From contig NC_057734.1 of the NCBI RefSeq assembly GCF_004010195.1, positions 25,174,382 through 25,238,381 of the forward strand: DNA of 64,000 bases, in the 5' to 3' direction. A model generated the notes under the pieces. That model searched no databases, was not told the DNA's origin, and saw only the letters and a program-made list of their open reading frames with translations. Of this stretch, positions 1 through 12,470 are shown in pieces (positions within the stretch are counted from its first letter, which is position 1; each line of letters opens with the position of its first letter). Source of the DNA: Chiloscyllium plagiosum. Taxonomy: Eukaryota. The position numbers and the translations under genes were made by a program.

Positions 1-459
1 GATGCCCTCCGGATCCGAGACGAGGGACCCGTCGTCGGCCAGCAGCACAAGGAGCTGCTGACGGGTGCCACGCCTTTTTTCCAGCGAGTAGAAGAAGGGG
101 GAGCCGCGGTCCAGGTCCTGGAGGAGCTGGATCCGCGGCCTCACGTACGCGCCCCGAGCCCCGACGAGCTGCAGGTCCCGGTGCGCGGCCTTCTTCTCTT
201 CGTACACCCCGCGCAGGGCCGGGTCCGCGTCGGGCTGACCGAGGCGTGACTCCAGGTCGAGCAACTCCCTCTCCAACTCCCCGATCCTGGATTTCCGCCT
301 CTTCGTCGGCCCCCTCGCGTACTCCTGACAGAAGACGCGGACGTGAGCCTTGCCCACGTCCCACCATAGCCTCAGGGAGGGGAAGCTTCCCCGCTTCCTT
401 CTCCAGCCGGCCCAGAAGCGACGAAACGAGTCCCGGAACCGCTCGTCCTCCAGCAGCAG
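1..459 (-). mobile_element. Tx1-clade (L1 group) non-LTR retrotransposon ORF2 fragment, 5'-truncated, continues beyond window start
   Basis: Minus frame is open throughout: LLEDERFRDSFRRFWAGWRRKRGSFPSLRLWWDVGKAHVRVFCQEY...GAYVRPRIQLLQDLDRGSPFFYSLEKRRG...DDGSLVSDPEGI. This resembles the Xenopus Tx1 ORF2 linker between endonuclease and RT (WWDVGK, DMDRGSRFFY). Very GC/CpG-rich relative to the flanks. Confidence 0.85.
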
Positions 460-845
460 GTGAGGTGACCTTTATAGAGGTGTACAAAATTATGAGGGTC
501 ATGGATAGGATAAATAGACAAAGTCTCTTCCCTAGGGTCGGAGAGTCCAGAACTAGAGGGCATAGGTTTAGGGTGAGAGGGGAATGATATAAAAGAGATC
601 TAAGGGGCAACGTTTTCACGCACAGGGTGGTACGTGTATGGAATGAGCTGCCAGAGGATGTGGTGTAGGCTGGTACAGTTGCAGCATTTAAGAGGCATTT
701 GGAGGGGTATATGAATAGGAAGGGTTTGGTGGGATATAGGCCGGGCGCTGGCAGGTGGGACTAGATTGGGTTGGGATATCTGGTCGGCATAGACGGGTTG
801 GACCGAAGGGTCTGTTTCCATGCTGTACATCTCTATGACTCTACT
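460..845 (+). mobile_element. CR1-clade (HER1-like) LINE 3' end
   Basis: IEVYKIMRVMDR...RTRGHRFRVRG C-terminal motif, followed by a 3'UTR ending in a ctctatgactct tail. Confidence 0.85.
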
Positions 846-1200
846 CCGCTACAGTATTGTTACTAATTTGATTTGCCCAATTTATATGCAGATTAGAGTC
901 ACTCATATTACTTGTGTTCCTTTTATTGCATGCGTCTCTTAATTTCTTGTTTTATGTCATTCCCAATATCACCCCAAAGTTTGAAGTCTGTATACACCCC
1001 TCAATAATGTTGTTTTGTCCCTTGGTGTTTCTCAGCTCCATCCATGCAAATTCCACATCAGAACTAATAACCATCATTATTGCATTCGTTTCCTCTTTGA
1101 CCAGCAATGCATCACCACCACCTTTTACCTTTTTGTCTGTACTTCCTAAATACATGATACCAAATTTCTAATAGTAGTTGGTTGGTAATTCCCTTAGTTA
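846..1200 (-). mobile_element. Old CR1 LINE fragment, AP-endonuclease region
   Basis: ORF 952-1155: KGGGDALLVKE...VEFAWMELRNTKG, a CR1 APE-type motif; decayed. Confidence 0.6.
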
Positions 1201-2096
1201 AGGTCCCACACAGCAGTCCCTACACAAACTGTGCTCCTTGTGAACTGCGTGGATAGTGTCTTCTTTTGCTTTTAAAGATCTGCTCAGAGAATCTGTTTAA
1301 CCATTTTTATCAGCAAGACATTTCGACCAAGAAATTCGGGTGCTTGAATCCTACAGCCATAATCAGGCAGCTACTTCCTTTAATTAGGCCATTTTACTGA
1401 CTTAAATGATCTAATCTAATTTTACCTCTACAAGTTGAACTTAGAAAGGACATACCAATAATAGATCACTTGGAGTTCATTTCACACAGCTGAGGCTTGA
1501 CACTGCTGCAGTCTCAACACTAATCATGTTCCTTCCAAATAAATTGATAGTTCTAAAATGACTTTCTTTTTAAAAAGAAGCAAAGTACTGAGCATGTTGA
1601 AAATCTGAGGATGCAAGCTGTTTGGTTGTATGCTAATTGGCAAAGCAGGGATGCTGTGGGCAAACAGGTGGGCACCAAGTTAAGCACGTAGAAAACAAGC
1701 AAACAACATTGAGATGTACCCTAGTCCAGTCTGAAAGTTGGGTGCCCCTGTGCACAAAGTGTCACTACTGCAGCCTTTCAGTGCAAATTGTTGGTATACC
1801 CTGCACTGCAAATCTATGCTTTCAGAGCACATTGAAAGTGCAGAGTAAAAGTGCCAGAATGGACTTGGATTGGTAAGATGCAACCATCAATGGAAAAGGA
1901 GTGCCTGTGGCTGTTGCCAGAGAATTGTGTTCTGAGATTTTGCCAGCAATGTGTCCAACATGGACATCATTTGAAGCAAGAGATCATTTGCCAAAAATGC
2001 TCTCTGGTTTCCTTGTTGAGTATTCCTGATGTTGAGCTTAGTTGCTAAGTTTTGTAAAATGAATATTAATAAGGCTAGTTGTGATGTTAACAAGGT

Positions 2097-2395
2097 ATCA
2101 TAGAATCTCTACAGTATGGAAGCAGGCCATTTGGCCCATCAGGTCCATCCTGACCCAGACCCTATCGCTGTAACCCTGCATTTCCTATGGCTAATCCACC
2201 TAGTCTGCACATTTGTGGACAATTTAGCATGGCCAATCTACCTAACCTGCATATGTTTGGACTGTGGGAGGAAACCCATGCAGACATGGGCACAATGTGC
2301 AAATTCCAAGCAGACTGTCGCCTGAGGGTGGAATCGAACCCGGGATCCTGTCACTGTGAGGCAGCGATGCTTACTACTGAGCCATTGTGCCACGC
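2097..2395 (-). mobile_element. HE1-like tRNA-derived SINE
   Basis: The reverse complement has an A-box head (gtggcacaatggctcagtagtaagcatcgctgcctcacag), a B-box (ggttcgattcc) and a CR1-like tail. Same family as 41304-41617. Confidence 0.8.
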
Positions 2396-4796
2396 ACCCA
2401 GGTGATTAATGATTAATAATGACCAACAATTGGTGTCTCAGTAATGCCGAGCAAGAATCTCACTGTGATGTTTGTGAATAGCAATAAAGATGATGTATGA
2501 TCGTCTTGATACTGAGTTGGGCACAGCTATACTTGTAGCCCTGTTCTGCCACACTTGTCATAATACTGAATCCTATACGATTCCACCCATTGCCTACTAC
2601 AATTCATCACTGGATGTGGCCAGACTGTAGAGCTTATAATCTAGTCTTTTGATTGTTGTATTACTTAGTTCTGTCTGTTGCATGCTATTTGGCATGCACG
2701 TAATCCTGTGGCACAGCCCTGCCAGTTTGACAACATTTTTAGGGATGTCTTGTGCTGTTTGTGACATGTCTTCCTGCACTTTTTGTTCTTCTGCTGACTG
2801 TGTATCACTGTACTATTACTTTAGGATGGGTCTGCCCTGGCAGTTTGATATACCCAGTGATGGTAGTGTCTGGGAAATTGCCTGTCTGTTTACTAGACTA
2901 AGGCTAATGCAAGTTATGTTCACTAATCTTACTCGTAATCGTAGTGTTATGAAATTTTTATCTGAATATTAATTAAAATATCATTAGATATATATCTACA
3001 TCTTGGAGTTTTTGGAATGACTGGCTGACCGCAATGGGGAAAATACTGCATTTACGAAGAACACAAAGTCTTTGACTGGAGTGGCTCGGTCTGCAATACT
3101 TTCTGAGACAGGCAAATGACACTATTTGAGTATAGTGTCATTTGCTGATGGATTTTAACACAACAATCAGACAACTTGCCCAAAAAATCAACAGCTGTCT
3201 CCCCCCCTCCCTTTCTCCTGAAATTCCTCTCAACGAAGTGAGGGTTGAAAAGTCACTGGAAGGCCTTATCACTGCAAGTGGAGTTCTTAAGGGAGAATTC
3301 CAAACCAACAGTAACTGCCCAGCATTTAGACTGGAAAGCAACTTCAGCCGTGCACCAACATTTGGACAATTCACTGATAACTGGAGCAAAAATGTGAAGT
3401 TTTTTTGGTTGCAGTAAACTAACTTTTTAGTCTTTACTTAAGGAACCTGGCTTACTTGTTTCTAATACTGAGTAACATATAATCTGATACATGTATAATT
3501 AGCAATATAACTTCCCTTTTTAAATTCACTTTGTCAGACTAGCAGAACAAAGAACAGAATCCGTTCACCCCTTCTAACTCCGTAATAACAGAAAAATTCA
3601 ATGAACTGGACAATTTGTTTACACAAAAATCCCTACTGTAAGTTAGTTGAATTCATATTGCACCCTGCTTGGTTTACAATAGAAAATGTACTCTACTGAC
3701 GACTTACCCCAACAAAAAGTTTTTTGTGTATTTGAGACTCGAAACTTTATATGCATTCAGATAAATGCAGCTGAGTATTTTGATTTATTTGTAGAAGTGT
3801 TCCTTAGAGAAAGTAGTGCATAAAAATTCTGTAGAATTTGTAGACCTATGCATCTGTGATATAATGGGTTTCTACATTATTAGACATAGAAGATCTGTGC
3901 AAAGTGCTCAGTAACTAAGTCACAAGCCATTTCGGTCAGCAAACGTCTAGTTTTTTTTGTGATGCTCAAATAACTTTAGTTGAGAAGGTAACTTTTTGAG
4001 ACTTAATGCAAATGAAATGTCACTTTGTATGAATGTTAAAATTGAGTACTAATATGAAATTAATTTTGAATTTTCTTTTCCAATGAGGATCTTTCTAGCA
4101 ATGTCCTTTTAAAGTATCACAACAAATACAATGACAGCTGGTTGAAACAATTAATTCAGTATTGAAGGAAGTGGCAAATCCTACAAATAACTTTAGTTAT
4201 TACATCATGATGTTAAAACTGGTCTGGCTATTTTAATTTCATTGATTTTTAAAAAGTTAATTCTGGAATTAAAGCATAATACATAGTGGATTCTTGAATT
4301 AGTAACAAATACAAAAGATACGGGAGAAACTCAGCAAGTCTGGCAGTTTCTATGAAGAGAGTCAATTTTGAAGCCCAAACACGACCTTAACTTTGTCACT
4401 GTAAATCAAACTCATGCTTCCCTTTATGTGGGGAATTTTCTTTTGAGATTACAATTTCAAACTCATTATTTACTGAAATGCTTTGTCTGAGTGTAACTTT
4501 CATGTCGATGAGCCAAATTATATTTTTAGATGGAGAGATTTTAATTTTTTCTGTTAAGGATACCCTACCATACTGAAGGTTCCACCCGTATATTTATTGT
4601 TAAGTGCAAATCCATGGAGGCAAACAAATACTCACTTGTGCCTCAAGCTTGCTCCAAATAGAAAATTTCTGGAAAGTTAACTGTTTCTCTCTCCACGGAC
4701 TGCCAGATTTACGAAGGAGTTTCCAGCATTTCCTATGATTCTTCTAATTCCTTGCAGAGTATTTGCAGGTGTAGATTCTTTGTTACTTGATTGGGG

Positions 4797-5163
4797 GGGT
4801 TAGCTCAGTTGGCTGGTTTGCAAATCAGAGTGATGCTAATAGCATGGGATCATTTCCTGTATCGGCTGAGTTTACTATTGTTATGTATTGTAGTTAGATG
4901 TATGCTATCCCTTTTCAGAGTGGAAGCTAAGGGAGGCACTCTAAAACTGACTGTGAAGTTGAGAGGATGCACAATGAATTATTCCCTGTTCTAGTTTACT
5001 CTCCATCTATCTCTTCTGTTTATGGTTCTACTGAACTACAAACACCATAACGAGTAAGGTCAACCTTACCTGAAGCAATGCGAATCTTGGGTTAAAGCAG
5101 CATCAGTGTGTCTCTAATGGAAAACCAGTCCTGTGGCCATCTTGGACTATGGTAACTTTACTT
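4797..5163 (+). mobile_element. Degenerate tRNA-derived SINE (interrupted)
   Basis: Head ggttagctcagttggctgg...gagtgatgctaatagcatggg and tail ggactatggtaactttac; similar to 6345-6537. Confidence 0.5.
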
Positions 5164-5194
5164 GATGAAGGATTCTAGTGAAATTGTACTTTAT

Positions 5195-5490
5195 TTTTCA
5201 TTCATGGGATGCGAGCATTGCTGGCTGGGCCAGCATTAATGTCCATCTCTAGCTCTTGAACAGTTGCAGTTCCATTTGGTGTAGGTAGGCCCACAATGCT
5301 GCTAGAAAGGGAGTTCCAGGGTTTTGATCCAGCAAAACTGAAGGAATGGTAATCTGTTTCCAAATCAGAATGGTAAGAGACTTGGAGGTGAATTTGCTAG
5401 TCATGGTGCTCCTATGTATCTGTTGCCCTGAATAAATCCTCCTCAATGGAAATACTGATACATTTAGAAGGTACTGCCTAAGGATACACA
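5195..5490 (-). mobile_element. Old LINE 3' fragment (CR1/L2 group)
   Basis: The motif cattcatgggatg...ccagcatt...gggagttccagg..ttttga recurs at ~27850, ~37600, ~52200 and inverted at ~55310. Confidence 0.5.
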
Positions 5491-6181
5491 CGCTAATCCC
5501 CAAAAGAAGTAATATAAACAAAAGAATTAATATTTGCTGAATGGTGATAATAGACATTTGTGAATAACTCATATGCCTGCCTCTTGTGCTACTGCTAGAT
5601 CAGTATATGTATATTCTATTGTATGGTAATTCTTCTGCATCCACAAGGGTTCCGTTCTTGAAAACCCCTGTGACTGATTAAATTTGTGTGTGGAGTACGT
5701 TTAAAAATGGTCTATGCCACTAGATGTTGATTGTTATTACTACTTACTTGCAGATAGAGAATTTACTGTATTTACATTGTATTAGAATCATAATTCGTAA
5801 TGTGAACTGACTATACATTTTCATATGCCATAACTGCATTCCTCTCTGATCACGTATAATAAACTTTCGCTCACTATTTTCAAGCTATCAGCTGGTAACA
5901 TTTGTGCAGTCATCACATGGCTAATCCTTTGGAGTTTAAAAATCAAACTTTTAAAACCATCTGGTTCTTCACAGCAGTTGAAACTGTTATCAGACTGTCT
6001 CCTCCAACTGGTCTCTCATTACTTGCCAAATTTACATATGGTGACTTATCGATTGTATAATAATTTTTGTTTAATTCATGAGAAAACTGCAGAAATACTG
6101 GTTAAATTGTTCTAGGAATTAAATTGTTAGGAATTACTTAAACATATGGCAATTTAATTTCTTATCCACATTTTTAAACAG

Positions 6182-6241
6182 GGAAGGGAAGAGGCAGCAT
6201 CTCCAATGAATAGTGGATCTGTATCACAACATCAGGAATAT
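6182..6241 (+). CDS. RNF34: Probable RNF34 internal exon (60 nt, GREEAASPMNSGSVSQHQEY)
   Basis: Acceptor tttttaaacag, donor gtaagt, stop-free and phase 0/0, compatible with the exon at 11718. It lies in a low-conservation linker, so homology support is weak. Confidence 0.55.
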
Positions 6242-6344
6242 GTAAGTGTAAGATTTTTGCAATCATTGGGGATCAGCATCCATGGGCACTTTTGTAAGTC
6301 ACCTCAGGCTGGATCAAAAGAAATGCAATGACTTTAGTTGCCCA

Positions 6345-6537
6345 GCTAAGCACCTTGGTTGGCTGGCCCACTGGTTTGCCATGCAGAGTGATGCCAATGG
6401 CATGGGTTCAATTCTTGCACTGGCTGAGGATACAATGAAAGACTCTCTTCTTCCTAACCTCTCCCCTTGCTGGGAGCATGGTGACCCTCCTGTTAAATCA
6501 TCACCAATCATGTCTCTCTGATGTGACTTTACCTTTA
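6345..6537 (+). mobile_element. Degenerate tRNA-derived SINE
   Basis: B-box-like gggttcaattc, body shared with the 4797 copy, and a gactttaccttta tail. Confidence 0.5.
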
Positions 6538-6576
6538 TATATGAATGAGGCTTAGACTATATGCCATCATAATAGT

Positions 6577-8863
6577 AATTGAATTGAATTGAATTTATTG
6601 TCACATGTGCCAAGGCACAGTGAAAAGCTTTGTCTTGCGAGCAATACAGACAGATCATAGTTACGTAGCATAGATAAGTAAATAATAATAGGTAAACAGC
6701 GGAAAAAACAAAAACACAGGTTCAGGCGAATGTTAAGAGTTTGTGAGTCCATTCAGTAGGGTAAAAACTGCTATGAAACCGGCTGGTACATGTGTTCAGG
6801 CTTCTGTACCTTTTCCCTGATGGTAGAGGTTGTAGAAAAACATTGCCACGGTGGGATGGATCTTTGAGAATGCTGGTGGCCTTTCCTTGACAGCGGGTCT
6901 GATAGATGGATTCTATAGACGGGAGATTGGCCTTTGTGATTGTCCAGGCCGAGTTCACCACTCTCTGTAACTGTCTCTGATCTTGAATGGTACAGTTGCT
7001 ATACCAGATAGTGATCCATTCAGGTAGAATGCTCTCTTGCGCAACTATAAACATTGGCAAAGGTATTCGCCGTCATGCCAAATTTCTTCAGCTGCCTGAG
7101 GAAGAAAAGTTGTTGGGCCTTTGTAACCAGTGCATCCACATGAAGAGTCCAAGAAAGCATGTGTGGATGACCACTCCCACTTGTTCCACCTCTCTGCTGT
7201 TAATGTGTGGGTGGGCATTAGTCAATAAAGAATTTGTTGGTTTTGCCAGCATTGAGAGCTAGGTTGTTCTCAGTGCACCATTTTCCCCAGGTCTTCCACC
7301 TCCCATCTGTACTCTTTCATTGCCATCTGAGATTCGATCAACTATGGTGGTGTCATTAGCAAACTTGTAAATGGCATTAGTCTGGTATTTGGCAATGCAG
7401 TCATGGGTATACAGTGAGTACAGTAGGGGCTGAGTTCGCATCCCTGGGGGGTTTGAGTGTTAGTGAGGATGAAATATTGGTCCCAGTCTTCACTAATCGT
7501 GGTCTGTGGGTCAGGAAACTGAGGATCCAGTTGCAGAGAGTGGGGCTTAGTCTGAGATCACTGTTAAGTAATTAGTCTCGAGGGAATAATAGTGTTGAAG
7601 GCTGAGTAGGATTCTTATGTAGCTGTTCTTGATGTCAATATGTTCTATGGTGGAGTGAAGGGCAAGTGATGTGACATCTGACGTGGATCTGTTGGTCCGA
7701 TAGGCAAATTGGAGGAGTCAAGAGTAGTGGGGAGGCTGGAGTTGATTAATGCCATGACCAGCCTTTCAAAGCACTTCATGACCACCAAAGTTAGGGCCAC
7801 TGGGTGGTGGTCATGCTGCATGAGCCTCTTAGGCACAGGGATGATGTTGGCCCTTTTGAAACCGGCACAGGGAGAGGTTGAAGATGTCTCAGAAGACCTC
7901 TGCCAGTTGATCTGCACGTGCTCTGAGTGCACAGCTTCTGTCTGGTCCCATTGTTTTCCTTGGATTCACATGAAGGAAAACTAATCTGCCCTCTGATAGT
8001 GACTGTTGGGATAGATTCAGCAGGACTTGTCAGAATAGGTGTTACCTCTCCACCGAAATTCTGCTCAAAGTGAACATAGCAGGTGTTGATTTGGAAGGGA
8101 TATGTCATAGTCTGCTATCTTGCACTGTCTCTTTTTAGAACCTGTGATATCATTCAGTCCTTGCCATAGTCGCTGGGTGTCCATCTGGGTCTCTAGTTTG
8201 GATCAGTATTGGTCCTTGGCTGTCTTAATGGCTCTGCGAAGGTCATACTTAGATTCCTTATATTTGAGTGGGTCTCCTGATCTGAAGGCTTCATGCTTGG
8301 TTTTTAGCAGGTTCTGTATGGCCTGTTTCATCCAGGGTTTCCTGTTGGGGAACACCCAGATTGACTTCCTCTCTATGCAGTCTTCTACACACTTGCTGAT
8401 AAAGTCTGTGACGGTGGTGGCATACTTGAGCAAGGTACCTGCAGACTGTTTGAACATGGCCCAGTCAGTCGATTCCAGTCAGCACCAGAGTTGATCCTCC
8501 GACCAGCACTGGACATGTATCAGCAAGGGGGTCTCCTGCTTGAGTTTTTGCCTGTAAGCTGGGAGAAGAAACGCGGCATTGTGGTTGGAATTCCCGAAAT
8601 GAGGGTGGGGGATGGAGCGCCAGGCACTATTCACAGTGGTGTAGCAGTGGTCTAAAATGTTCGGACCCCTGGTGGGGCAGGTAATGTTCTGCTGGAACTT
8701 GGGCTACACCTTCCTTAGATTGGCTTGATTGAAGTCGCCAGTTACATTAAACAGGGTCTCGGTGTGTTCGGTCTCCAAGGTGTTAGTGGTGGAGTACAGC
8801 ACATCCAGAGCTTCTTCAACCTTTACTTGTGGCAGTATGTATACAGCAGTTAGTATAGCAGCT
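6577..8863 (-). mobile_element. Rex1/Babar-clade LINE, 5'-truncated, frameshifted
   Basis: Minus frames give APE (TAVYILPQ, GDFNQANL, TCPTRGPNILDHCY), linker (VTDFISKCVEDC...FPNRKPWM) and RT (PVALTLVVMKCFERLV; PLLYSLYTHDC; KFANDTTIV) motifs. The 3' end is aataaa followed by (ttcaa)n. Confidence 0.8.
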
Positions 8864-9409
8864 GATTTAATGTAGGACAAGTATTAAAAAATTAATTTCA
8901 GTAGAAAACATTTTATTTACTTGAACAATTCTGCTCTCATTCCATCATATATCAAATAAATAAAAAGGTTTCTCTCTTGTTAACTTGTGCCATGCATTGC
9001 AATAGAAGTTCACTTACTTTGCTTTGAGTTGAACTGTTGCAGTTTATCTGGTGGCTGAAAACTTAGATTATAAGTAGCTCAAATGAAGCCTCTAGCTGCA
9101 AAGTTGTCTGCCAAAATGACTATAAATAAATACTGGATTCAACCCTATTTGCAAACGTGCCCATTTCTTCATCCAAGCCAGAGCCATCAAAGATAGAACA
9201 TCATTCCTGGATGATATGATTCTTCAGTCTGTTCCAAGTCACTATTGGTTTGAGAACCTGTGAAGATCTGAACTGAAATACTTGAACTAAGCATTTTAAA
9301 TTACAATCTCATTTTTTTCTCAGTTTTACTGTATGTTCATTCACCTACTTGACCTGTTTGTGAAGCATATAACCTAACACTTTATCCAGCCATCACACAC
9401 CTTCCAACT

Positions 9410-10510
9410 TAGGAGTGGAAGTAGGCCATTTTGAGGTTCAAGCCTGCTTCAATAAGATCCTGGCTGATATGTTTGTATTCAGAATTCCACATTCTCATCT
9501 ATCCCCAATAAATTTTGATTCCCTTACCTACCTCTGTCTTAAAAATATCCAATGACCCCACATCCACTGCTGTCGCCAGAGTTCAAAAGTCATGCAACCC
9601 TCTGTCCATCTCTTGGACCATTTCTGTCCAAGAATGATGACCCCTAATTTTAAAAAGTGTCCCCTAGTCTGGATTTGACTGCAAGAATAAGCATTCTTCC
9701 ATGCCCACTTTAAGACTATCTTAGAAATTCCAATCAAATCACGCATTGTTCTTCTGAATTTCGGAAAGCCCAGCATTTCCAGTTTTTTTTTCTCAATAGC
9801 CAACCCACTCCAAGTATCAATCTAGTAAACCTTGTCTGAATGACCTTCATTGTATTTACATCTTGAATAAGGACACAAATACTCATCACAGTATTTGAGA
9901 TGTGGTCTGTTATGCCACTGCTCCATGAACCAGAACCCACTTACCCACACATCTGTAATCTTATTTGTCCTTTGTCAATTTGCACGAGACTCTGGCAGTA
10001 ATCTGGAGATTAGTACTTTTGAGGTTCTGTTTTTTAATTCAACACCTGATGTCCTATAAGACCGTAGGAGCAGAAATTAGGCCATTCAGCCCACTGAGTC
10101 AGCTCCGCCAATCAGGGCTGATAAGTTTCTTAATCCCATTTTCTCACTTCCTCCCTCTAACTTTTGATCCCCTTTACAAACAACAACCTATCTATTTCTG
10201 TCTTAAATATACTCAATGATCTGGCCTCCAGAGCCCTCTATGGCAGTGAATGCCATATATTCAACACTCTGGCTGAAGAAGTTTCTCCTCATCTCCATTC
10301 TGAAAGGTCTTCCCTTTACTCTAAAGTGAGCCACTCGGGTCCTAATTTCTCCTACCAATGGAAGCATCTGCTGAACATGCACTCTATCCAGGCCATTCAG
10401 TATTCTAAGTTTCAATTAGATCCCCCCCCCCTTCCTTCTAAACTCCATCAAGTATAGATCCAGAGTTCTCAAACGGTTAAGATGTTCATTCCTGGGACCA
10501 TTCTTGTGAA
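9410..10510 (-). mobile_element. Two decayed CR1 LINE 3' fragments (~9410-9940, ~10050-10510)
   Basis: ORFs with RDLIGISKI / ILNGLDRVHVQQMLPLVGEIRTR...FRMEMRRNFFSQ motifs and taggagcagaaattaggccattcagccc-type tails. Confidence 0.7.
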
Positions 10511-11717
10511 TATGGTCTCATGGCAGAAACTCTTTCCTGGCTCTACTAATGTGTAGATAATGACACGGGTCATGACCGTAGCTGGTCTGATAACTCCTAT
10601 TTTCCATTTTATTTCTTAGATTAAACTTTGAGAATGTCTGTTCACTTGATTAGCTCTTTTCCTTAATCATCTGCAGAAAATGTTTCCATCTAATTTTTTC
10701 TAGCTAAATTTGATTTTTTCACTCATTAGTCAGATTGTGTTTTGAAGTTTGATACCATCTTGAACTTTTCTGTGATTAACCACAGATGATGGGTCATCCC
10801 CTTGAATTGTTCTTGTTGGAATGCATGGATGTATTGTATATTCTGAAATATTTCTTCAAATGTCTGGTACTGCGTCTCTATTGATATATCCTTAAACCTT
10901 ATCTGGCAGTTCACTTGATTTTCATGCTTTTGTATTGCCCATTCTAGTCTTGGATCCACCTTTCTCACTTCAGAAGGTTCACAAAATTAAATCTCAATTT
11001 CTCATGGTCTCCTCTTAGGCAGCAAAGGTGTATACTGTGTGTCTGACGTCAGCTGTACCAGTTGAGAACCGGGTGCTTCATGGAGGGAGTGTTTCCTGCT
11101 TATGGACAAGCAAGCTGAACAAAAACTGATATAGTGGGCCATTGGTGCCTTTCCTGCACTTTATGGTGAACTGTCTAGTAATCAGTTTGCTCCCAGCCAA
11201 AAATCTTCCTGCAGAAGATGAAATCACAAACTGGTGCTTTTACTTTTAAGAAAAGACCTTGGCAATGCAATTGAAATATTGTAAATCCATTTTCTGTTTT
11301 TGCAGGCATTGTTATCATTTGAATGAATTCCCCCACAGTCACGCCTACCTCACTCAATGTTTCTGCTGTCAAGCTGTGTTGCATACAGATAATGCTAATG
11401 CAGAATAAAAATGACCCACTCTCACTTGTATTAGAAACAATATTTCCATTTGTTTATCCCTGGTAGGGAACTTTACTTCAATCACACTTTTAAGAAAGTT
11501 GTGGGAATAACCAGGGGGTAGAGAGCTGTGTGATAACACACCACTTTGAAACTGCAGTTTAAGTCCAGTGCCAAATGAAAATTACTGTGTTAATGAGATT
11601 GGACAATTGTGATCTAAATCCCAATTAAAGGACAATAATATTGAAAACAGATGTCATTTTTACATTGTATTAATCATAAAACCAATATATTAGCATTATT
11701 GTGCAACTTTTTTGCAG

Positions 11718-11922
11718 GCAAATGAAATCATTCCACCCAAAAAAACAAGAGCCTCGTTGTCAGACCTATCCAGTACTGAAGATATTGAAGCATTGACCGT
11801 TCGTCAGCTGAAGGAAATACTGGCACGCAACTTTGTCAGCTTTTCAGGGTGTTGTGAAAAGTGGGAATTAGTGGAAAGAGTGAAGAGATTATTCAAAGAA
11901 ACAGAAGAAAATCGCAAGTTCT
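11718..11922 (+). CDS. RNF34: RNF34 exon (second SAP-like domain)
   Basis: [57 protein letters not shown] matches RNF34/RFFL. Acceptor tttgcag, donor gtaagt; phase 0/1. Confidence 0.93.
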
Positions 11923-12003
11923 GTAAGTTTATCTCAAATGTTTTATTAGAAATTTATTCATTTAATTCAACAAGTAGTGACTTTTAAAATGTTTCTGTTG
12001 CAG

Positions 12004-12036
12004 TGGAAAATGGAAATAACCCAGCTGTAGCTGCTG
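12004..12036 (+). CDS. RNF34: Probable RNF34 33-nt micro-exon (LENGNNPAVAA)
   Basis: Acceptor ttctgttgcag, donor gtaagt, phase 1/1 and frame-preserving, after an 81-nt intron. Confidence 0.65.
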
Positions 12037-12313
12037 GTAAGTTGTCAACTTTTCTTGGGCTTTTTCTAAGTTGAAAATAAAGTATTTTGCAGTTAAGAGG
12101 TGTAGGGTTGAGTCTGCAGAAGAGATTCTGATGAAATTATTTCCATTTAACAGTTTGCCGAATCAACATGTTTTTTAGTAAAAAGTCCATGTTCTTACTG
12201 TTTTGAGATACTGCCGTTAAGTTTCTCTCTGCTGGGCTGCTATAATAAAAAAGAACATCTACATGTGATATTGTTGGACCTACTCTGGTGCCCTGAGATG
12301 TAGGGAAACTTGA

Positions 12314-12470
12314 CCACCCTTCAGGCTCTCTGCCTGTATTCCTGATGAAGGGCTTTCGCCTGAAACGTCGATTTTATTGCTCCTCGGATGCTGCCTGACC
12401 TGCTGTGTTTTTCCAGCATCACTCTAGTCTAGACTCTGGTTTCCAGCATCTGCAGTCATTGTTTTTACCT
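12314..12470 (+). mobile_element. Solo Penelope-like pLTR with intact minimal hammerhead motif
   Basis: attc-CTGATGA(12342-48)-agggctttcgcct-GAAAC-GTC(12367-69)-gatt. Same sequence as the terminus of the PLE at 19757-20727. Confidence 0.75.

Noticed and set aside
246-587. 113-aa plus ORF
   Set aside because: Chimera of antisense Tx1 sequence and the CR1 C-terminus; not a gene.
3142-3417. 91-aa plus ORF in the RNF34 intron
   Set aside because: No recognisable homology and no convincing splice sites.
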